IMG/VR virus record: IMGVR_UViG_3300042879_004946
Span: 1-64,000 of that record
Origin: a virus
Reading direction: 5' to 3' (one strand)
Length of the DNA: 64,000 nucleotides
The position numbers and the translations under genes were made by a program. Shown one piece after another: positions 57,632-64,000 of this stretch (position 1 is its first letter; every line of letters begins with the position of its first letter). The notes beneath the pieces are model-generated. The model had not been told where the DNA came from. It saw nothing but the letters and a program-made list of their open reading frames with translations, and did no database searches.

Positions 57632-58330
57632 ATGAAAAAAATTAATATTGAAGAATTAAAAAATAAGAATGTTTACAATAATGAACACTTAGACACACCT
57701 TTTGAAGGAACATTCTATGATGCTGACTATTTTGAAAATGGTCAAGAATCCGGTAAAGGATGGTTGGAAAATTATAGATGGATGCCTAGAAGAACTTTTA
57801 GAGAAGCCTTAGGTATTATAGATTATCTAGAATTAGATGACAATAGTTATGTATTAGATGTTGGTTGTGCGAAGGGATTTATTGTTAGAGCTTTAAGAGA
57901 GTTAGAGATAAAAGCTGACGGTTGTGATATTAGTGATTACGCTTTATCTTTTGCACCTGAAGGTTCATGGAATTGTACATCATGGGAAAGTCATTATAAT
58001 TTTGGTTATACCCATATTATGGTAAAAGATATGTTGGAACATTTAACTATGAACCAACTAAATGAAATGTTACAAACGATAAAGAAAGTTGGTAATACAC
58101 TATTGGTTGTTGTCCCTATTGGTGATAAGGGTGTATATAGAATACCTGAATATCACATGGAGATATCACACTTAATCGCTGAAGATGAAGATTGGTGGAT
58201 GAATAAATTTATTGAAAATGGTTGGGAAATATATAAACATTGCCCATCAATCCCAGGAATGAAAGATAATTGGGATTCTCATGCTAATGGTTTAGGTAAT
58301 CACGTATTTGTACTAAAAATTAAATCATGA
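57632..58330 (+). CDS. Class I SAM-dependent methyltransferase
   Basis: VLDVGCAKG, GCDIS, DMLEHL. Confidence 0.85.
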   Translation: MKKINIEELKNKNVYNNEHLDTPFEGTFYDADYFENGQESGKGWLENYRWMPRRTFREALGIIDYLELDDNSYVLDVGCAKGFIVRALRELEIKADGCDISDYALSFAPEGSWNCTSWESHYNFGYTHIMVKDMLEHLTMNQLNEMLQTIKKVGNTLLVVVPIGDKGVYRIPEYHMEISHLIAEDEDWWMNKFIENGWEIYKHCPSIPGMKDNWDSHANGLGNHVFVLKIKS

Positions 58331-59250
58331 TAACAGCAAATTTAACTGGAAATTTAGGAAATCACATGTGGCAATATGCTGTATGTAGAACCGTAGCAGA
58401 AAAATTAGGGTATGAGTGGGGTATTAATTCATCACCATCACACGATTACCATCAAGGTCAAAATCAAATGTATTTTATGGATGTTGACTTTGGTAAGCCA
58501 GTTGAAGGTATTTTACATGAATATCGTGAACCGTGGAAAGAAATATCACATGTCGATAGGGTTAATATCACTATGTTGAATCCATCCTTATATGAGATAC
58601 AAGATAACACTCTACTTGTTGGTGATAGAAATATTAATCCAGGTGCAGTTGGTGGTTTATTTCAATCAGAAGATTATTTAATTGATAGGAAAGAAGATGT
58701 GCAAAAATGGTTTAAGATTAGACCAGAGAATAAAGAAATATATGACAAAAAATTATCTGATTTAGGTATTGTGTTAGATGATAATTTATGTGTGATTAAT
58801 TTTAGGGGTGGTGAATATCGTGGCCTTCATAACGTTATTTTAAGAAAAGAATATTGGCGAGATTCCATTAATCACATGTTATCTATTAATAATAATATGA
58901 AATTTTTGGTCATTACAGACGATATTGAATGGTCTAAAAATTTTATGCCATTTGAAATTGATACGGTACATGTTGATATTGGATTTGATTTCTACGTTGT
59001 CAATCAAGCTAAATGGGTCATCCTTTCAAATTCATCATTTGGGTGGTGGGCAGCGTGGTTGAATATTAACTCTAATAAAATAATCGCACCAAAGTATTGG
59101 GCTAGACATAATGTTAGTGATGGGTATTGGGCTACTGGTGATGTATACACTAGGACATTCACATATATGGATAGAGAAGGTAATCTATCTGATTATGAAA
59201 CTTGTAGACGTGAGGCTGAAGATTATTATAGAGTAAAAAACATTATTTAA
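58327..59250 (+). CDS. Second GT11-like fucosyltransferase
   Basis: GNLGNHMWQY, FQSEDY, NFRGGEY, TDDIEW, SNSSFGWWAAWL. Confidence 0.8.
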   Translation: MITANLTGNLGNHMWQYAVCRTVAEKLGYEWGINSSPSHDYHQGQNQMYFMDVDFGKPVEGILHEYREPWKEISHVDRVNITMLNPSLYEIQDNTLLVGDRNINPGAVGGLFQSEDYLIDRKEDVQKWFKIRPENKEIYDKKLSDLGIVLDDNLCVINFRGGEYRGLHNVILRKEYWRDSINHMLSINNNMKFLVITDDIEWSKNFMPFEIDTVHVDIGFDFYVVNQAKWVILSNSSFGWWAAWLNINSNKIIAPKYWARHNVSDGYWATGDVYTRTFTYMDREGNLSDYETCRREAEDYYRVKNII

Positions 59251-60119
59251 TGAGAAAGATTTATGATTGTTTTTTATTTTTTAATGAATTAGATTTATTA
59301 GAACTTAGACTTAATATATTAGATGATTATGTCGATTATTTCGTATTAGCTGAGGCATCTGTAACACATAGTGGTTTAGATAAACCATATTATTTTGAAG
59401 ACAACAAAAAGAGGTACTCTAAATTTTTACATAAAATTATTCATGTAAAATCAAATGATATACCTAATGATTTTAATAACTTACCTAGTATTGGTAGTAC
59501 TAATGCATTCGATGATAAAGCTGTTAAACAAATCCATGATTTTATAAATACACAAACACATAGATTCAATAGAACAACCGAACCACATTTTGGTCGGGAT
59601 TTTTTTCAAAAAGAGTCGATTAGAAGAGGTCTCATGAATTGTAATGATGAAGATATAATTCTATCGTCAGATTTAGATGAAATACCAAACCCAGAAATTT
59701 TAAAACAAGTGGATGAAATATTAAGTAGTGGTAAATTTTTTACATTTAATCAAACCACGTATTATTACTATTTAAATTTATTAAAAGAGTATGATTGGCA
59801 AGGTACTAGAATGGGTAAATATGGTGATTTAAAAAATTATTCATACAATGAATTAAGAGCTCAACAAAACATACGACTATCTAATGGTGGATGGCATTTT
59901 AGTTTCCAAGGTGGGTTAGAAAAAGTTAAAACCAAAATTAAATCATATTCACATCAAGAAATGAATACACCAGATATTTTTGAAAAATTACATAATAATA
60001 TAGAAAATAATATCGACCCATTTAATCGCGGGTTATTAAATCTTGTTGAGATAGATAATACATATCCAAAATATCTGTTGGAGAATAAAGAAAAGTATAA
60101 ACATATGATAAAATCATGA
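59250..60119 (+). CDS. GT17-family (beta-1,4-GlcNAc transferase-like) glycosyltransferase
   Basis: YDCFLFFNELDLLELRL, SDLDEIP, GGWHFS, KIKSYSH. Confidence 0.85.
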   Translation: MRKIYDCFLFFNELDLLELRLNILDDYVDYFVLAEASVTHSGLDKPYYFEDNKKRYSKFLHKIIHVKSNDIPNDFNNLPSIGSTNAFDDKAVKQIHDFINTQTHRFNRTTEPHFGRDFFQKESIRRGLMNCNDEDIILSSDLDEIPNPEILKQVDEILSSGKFFTFNQTTYYYYLNLLKEYDWQGTRMGKYGDLKNYSYNELRAQQNIRLSNGGWHFSFQGGLEKVKTKIKSYSHQEMNTPDIFEKLHNNIENNIDPFNRGLLNLVEIDNTYPKYLLENKEKYKHMIKS

Positions 60120-60658
60120 AATATAATTCACAAATGGGCCAAGACAAGTTTGTTGTTGAACAGTTAAAAAATAAAAAAAATGGGATATTTGTTGATATTG
60201 GGGGGGCACATCCTATTTCCATAAATAATACATACACTTTAGAAAAGGATTTAGATTGGACAGGCATATCTTTCGATATAGGTCCACCACATACTCACGG
60301 ATGTGAAACAATGTCTATTGATGAATATAAAATCTATTGGAACTCTAATCGGATAACCCCGATAATTTGTGGGGATGCTTTAAAACAAAATTATAGTCAG
60401 AAGTTTAAAGAATATGACCTACCTAAACGTATGGATTATTTATCAATAGATTTAGAACCACCTAAAGTAACTTTTGATTGTTTAATGTTAATACCATTTA
60501 ATGAATATATCTTTAATGTGATAACGTTTGAAACAGATTATTATAGAGATCCAACAACTAGAGAACCATCACGTCAATTATTATATTCACATGGATATAA
60601 ATTAGTGACGTTTGATAATCAAGAGGATTGGTATGTACATAACACATTAAATTTATAG
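60116..60658 (+). CDS. FkbM-like methyltransferase
   Basis: SQMGQDKFV, FVDIGG, NNTYTLE..LDWTG, DYLSIDLE. Confidence 0.75.
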   Translation: MKYNSQMGQDKFVVEQLKNKKNGIFVDIGGAHPISINNTYTLEKDLDWTGISFDIGPPHTHGCETMSIDEYKIYWNSNRITPIICGDALKQNYSQKFKEYDLPKRMDYLSIDLEPPKVTFDCLMLIPFNEYIFNVITFETDYYRDPTTREPSRQLLYSHGYKLVTFDNQEDWYVHNTLNL

Positions 60659-60666
60659 TTTTTTTA

Positions 60667-61671
60667 ATGAAGAAAATAGTAGTCCTAGGTGGTGGTGGTT
60701 TTATTGGTTCACATTTAGCGAAAAGATTAAAAAAAGATGGTCATCATATCACAGTTTGTGATATTAAAAATCATGAATATCTTAACCATGATGAGTTTTG
60801 TGATGAATTTATTGTTGGGGATCTTAGAGACCCTGTGACAGTAAGCATGGTAATTAAACAGAGTACGGACGAAGTATATCAATTGGCAGCGGATATGGGT
60901 GGTGCGGGTTATATTTTTACAGGTGAAAATGATGCAAATGTGATGCATAATTCAGCTTTAATAAATTTAAATGTCGCACATGAATGTGTGAAAAAGAAAA
61001 TAAATAAAGTTTTTTATTCTTCATCTGCTTGTATGTATCCAGAACATAATCAATTAGACCCTAATAACCCTAACTGTGAAGAATCTTCAGCTTATCCTGC
61101 AAATCCAGATTCTGAATATGGTTGGGAAAAATTATTCAGTGAGAGACTTTATTTAGCTTTTCAAAGAAATTATGGTTTAAATGTTAGAATCGCTAGGTTT
61201 CATAACATTTTTGGACCTTATGGTACTTGGAAAGGAGGTAAAGAAAAAGCACCGGCAGCTATGTTAAGAAAAGTTTCTGAAATCAATGAAAAGGGTGAAA
61301 TAGAAGTTTGGGGTGATGGAACTCAAACTAGGTCTTTTTTATATGTTGACGAATGTGTTGAAGCGGTTTTAAAATTAATGGAATCAGATTTTATTGGTCC
61401 TGTTAATATTGGATCAGAAGAAATGGTTACCATTAATCAACTAGCACAAATAGCAATAGATATATCAGGAAAAAAGGTAAAAATTAAAAATATTTATGGG
61501 GACGAATTTTTTCAAAAATACGGACATAAATGTCCTATAGGTGTTAAAGGTAGAAATTCTGATAATAAATTATACAAAGAAAAAATTGGTTGGGTAGTTT
61601 CAGAACCACTTAAAAATGGTATGGAAAAAACTTACAAATGGATTAATAGTATGGTAAAAAAATATAATTAA
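60667..61671 (+). CDS. NAD-dependent epimerase, GDP-mannose 3,5-epimerase-like
   Basis: GGGGFIG, LAADMGGAG, YSSSACMYP, YGWEKLFSE, RFHNIFGP, EKAPAA, WGDGTQTRSF. Confidence 0.85.
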   Translation: MKKIVVLGGGGFIGSHLAKRLKKDGHHITVCDIKNHEYLNHDEFCDEFIVGDLRDPVTVSMVIKQSTDEVYQLAADMGGAGYIFTGENDANVMHNSALINLNVAHECVKKKINKVFYSSSACMYPEHNQLDPNNPNCEESSAYPANPDSEYGWEKLFSERLYLAFQRNYGLNVRIARFHNIFGPYGTWKGGKEKAPAAMLRKVSEINEKGEIEVWGDGTQTRSFLYVDECVEAVLKLMESDFIGPVNIGSEEMVTINQLAQIAIDISGKKVKIKNIYGDEFFQKYGHKCPIGVKGRNSDNKLYKEKIGWVVSEPLKNGMEKTYKWINSMVKKYN

Positions 61672-62463
61672 ATGACAAATAGACGAAGAAATAAAAAATT
61701 AACCGAAGAAGAAATACAAGAAATTGAATCTTTCATTGGTAAACACCCAGAAGAAGGTAAAATAATAAATCAATTAAAAATTGAAATTAAACCAAAAACT
61801 GAGAATCAAAAAAAATTAATCCAAGCGATCAAAGAAAATGAAATTATTATTGCTTCAGGTTTTCCTGGTAGTGGTAAAACTTTTCTTAGTTGTGCGGAAG
61901 CCCTCAAATTAATTAAAAATCCACAAACACCATATAAAAAAATTATTCTTGTTAAATCGGTAACTACGTTAAAAGATGAAGAAATTGGTTTTTTAAAAGG
62001 AACAATGGAAGAAAAAATGGAACCCTTTATGGATTCTTTTTTGGATAATTTTAATAAAATTATTGGTGAGTATTTAACAGGTAAATTAAGAGAACAAAAA
62101 TTAATTGAAATTAAGCCAATAGCTTACGTCAGAGGGCGAAGTATTGATAATTCAGTTATCATTATTGATGAAGCACAAAATATTTCTTTGGATAATATGC
62201 GTACCTTAATGACCAGAATCGGTGATAATTCAAAATTAATTATTTTAGGTGATATTAAACAAAAAGACATTCGTAATAAACGTGAAAGCTCTTTGGAGAT
62301 TGTTTTAAACAGGTTTAAAGATAAAAACAGTTTTGGTATTGTCGAACTTAGAAACGAAGAAGACATTGTTAGAAATCCAATTATTAAAGTTATCGAAGAA
62401 ATTTTTGACCAAATAGATGACGAAAAAAGTAATAATGGTAAAAAACAAATATTAAAAGATTAG
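61672..62463 (+). CDS. phoH: PhoH-family ATPase
   Basis: GFPGSGKT, YVRGRSI, IIDEAQN, TRIG, GD..Q. Confidence 0.92.
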   Translation: MTNRRRNKKLTEEEIQEIESFIGKHPEEGKIINQLKIEIKPKTENQKKLIQAIKENEIIIASGFPGSGKTFLSCAEALKLIKNPQTPYKKIILVKSVTTLKDEEIGFLKGTMEEKMEPFMDSFLDNFNKIIGEYLTGKLREQKLIEIKPIAYVRGRSIDNSVIIIDEAQNISLDNMRTLMTRIGDNSKLIILGDIKQKDIRNKRESSLEIVLNRFKDKNSFGIVELRNEEDIVRNPIIKVIEEIFDQIDDEKSNNGKKQILKD

Positions 62464-63059
62464 TGAGAAAATATAAAAATATTAGATTGAGAAAATCACC
62501 AATAGTAGAAGAAAGGGTGAAATTAATCAATAGAATTATTAAAGAAACTATTAATGAAAGTTTTGAATCTGTGATTAATACCGATTATGAGTTAATAGAA
62601 GAAAATTCAAATATTTTAATATATAGATTTAAAACAAATAGTGGTTATAGTTACGATTTAGAATTTATTACAGATTTTATTGAGAATGATAAAAAATTTT
62701 ATAATGGAAAAATTTTAAAAGACTATATCGATTCCGATTATATTGAACCTACCATAGACATCGCTTTTGTGCCTTCTGAGGTTAACATGGAAGATAGAGA
62801 TTCACCTGAATTATATACAAAAGAAACGAATAGGTATGAAACTATTGAATTAATGGGTAGAATATCTTTTTTAATAGAAGAGTTTATAAAAAACAATCCA
62901 AGAATAAAAGTTTATATTATTGGTAAAAATACCAAAGAAATTAAATTAAGTATTTATTTAAAAATATTTGATAATATATTTTCTGATAACTTTTATAAAA
63001 CAGAAGGTCGTAGTTTAGGTTATCCCAGCGGTGCTTTTTATTTTATAAAAAAACAATAA
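62463..63059 (+). CDS. Hypothetical protein with internal leader-like motif
   Basis: LINRIIKETINE; 198-aa ORF. Confidence 0.65.
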   Translation: MRKYKNIRLRKSPIVEERVKLINRIIKETINESFESVINTDYELIEENSNILIYRFKTNSGYSYDLEFITDFIENDKKFYNGKILKDYIDSDYIEPTIDIAFVPSEVNMEDRDSPELYTKETNRYETIELMGRISFLIEEFIKNNPRIKVYIIGKNTKEIKLSIYLKIFDNIFSDNFYKTEGRSLGYPSGAFYFIKKQ

Positions 63060-63085
63060 CAATAAAAACAAATATTAAAAACTTA

Positions 63086-63751
63086 ATGACAATAGGTGTT
63101 TCAGTTAACGGCGTACTCCGTGATTACTTTGGCAAAATAGAAAAAACACACACGAAATATTTCAATCCTGAAGATGGGCAAGAAATAAAAATTAAAGATT
63201 ATGATTTGGAAAAATGGATAAAATTTCCTGAAGAAGAAATTGTAAGACAAGAAATTGAATTTAATCCTGATTTTAATTTAAAAGATTTTGTGCAAACAGA
63301 TTCTAGTTTTAAAATCGAAGAAGTTAAAGATGATCCAATAACGGTTGATGATTTTATCTACGATAAATGTTGTTTGGAAATTTTTGGTTATGCAGAAGAA
63401 GAAATGGATGGTATTGTACAAGCTCTAAATGATTTTGATCTTCATTTAAAAATGTTAAAGAAAGATTATGAAGTAGTAATCACCAGTAGAGAGGCAGGTC
63501 GAAGTGTACCCGCAACTCTTTTCTTTTTATCAAAAACAGGTTGTATGATACAAAACGTTAAATTCACAATGGGAACCACTGATTGTTGGGATTTTGTTGA
63601 TATTATGATTACAGATCATCCTGAAATTTTATCAACTAAACCAGAAAATAAAATTACAATTAAAGTCGAAAAACCGTTTAACTCCCATATAGATTCTGAT
63701 TACACTGTTAGAAGTATTAAAGAACTTACTGGTTTGGGGGTTTTTAATTAA
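63086..63751 (+). CDS. HAD-fold 5'(3')-nucleotidase-like protein with degenerate catalytic motif
   Basis: IGVSVNGVLRD in place of DxDGVL; ITSR; MITDHP in place of IDD; PFN. Confidence 0.55.
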   Translation: MTIGVSVNGVLRDYFGKIEKTHTKYFNPEDGQEIKIKDYDLEKWIKFPEEEIVRQEIEFNPDFNLKDFVQTDSSFKIEEVKDDPITVDDFIYDKCCLEIFGYAEEEMDGIVQALNDFDLHLKMLKKDYEVVITSREAGRSVPATLFFLSKTGCMIQNVKFTMGTTDCWDFVDIMITDHPEILSTKPENKITIKVEKPFNSHIDSDYTVRSIKELTGLGVFN

Positions 63752-63787
63752 CGTTTACTTATAAAAAAACTTATATAATTTTAAAAT

Positions 63788-64000
63788 ATGAATAAATTTA
63801 AAAAAAATGATAATCCAGAAATGTTTGCCATCGCTGGTAGTCAATACTATTTCGACTTGGACGAATTAAGTCGTTATATCAGGGTTGAAAAAACTGAAAG
63901 TGTTGAAGATATTCTTAATGAAGCGAAAAAAGAAATGACTGGAGACCCTGAAAACGCCGAAGAAGATGCTGAGATCTTAGGTCAAATAGTAGATGTCACC
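63788..64000 (+). CDS. Partial hypothetical protein, runs off the window end
   Basis: Open frame from ATG 63788: MNKFKKNDNPEMFAIAGSQYYFDLDEL... Confidence 0.65.
   Translation, partial: MNKFKKNDNPEMFAIAGSQYYFDLDELSRYIRVEKTESVEDILNEAKKEMTGDPENAEEDAEILGQIVDVT

Noticed and set aside
982-62366. Short antisense or nested ORFs in the track (e.g. 982-1176, 9369-9684, 26914-27270, 38516-38887, 40416-40727, 57047-57325)
   Set aside because: They overlap well-supported genes, lack recognisable motifs and look like shadow frames
1-64000. Alternative genetic code (stop-codon reassignment)
   Set aside because: Long genes are intact under the standard code, and TAA, TGA and TAG all occur as apparent stops

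Overview
This is an AT-rich segment of a large (jumbo-type) contractile-tailed phage using the standard genetic code. Three exact Bacteroidota housekeeping promoters (TTTG-N19-TAnnTTTG) point to a Bacteroidota host. The window holds: (1) a virion module with T4-like tail tube, tail sheath, neck/terminator-like proteins, three paralogous Thr/Gly-rich fibre proteins and many small proteins sharing an N-terminal 'KxLIxKILxE' leader; (2) three free-standing endonuclease-like genes; (3) replication and nucleotide genes (SNF2 helicase, family B polymerase, exonuclease, dUTPase, PhoH); (4) a ~19 kb glycosylation and sugar-modification region. The standout feature is three cas-less CRISPR-like mini-arrays (36-nt repeat, 30-nt spacers, type VI-B/II-C geometry) at 1335-1568, 1905-2006 and 36422-36523. 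In each, the first repeat lies inside the 3' end of one of three near-identical ~124-aa genes: the repeat encodes LEMTHKRKV(F/L)T and the adjacent spacer supplies the last residues and the stop codon. Each of the five spacers gives an in-frame stop. The gene + array + promoter unit looks like a mobile cassette inserted at shared leader-coding DNA. All family assignments are by motif recognition; no database searches were run.
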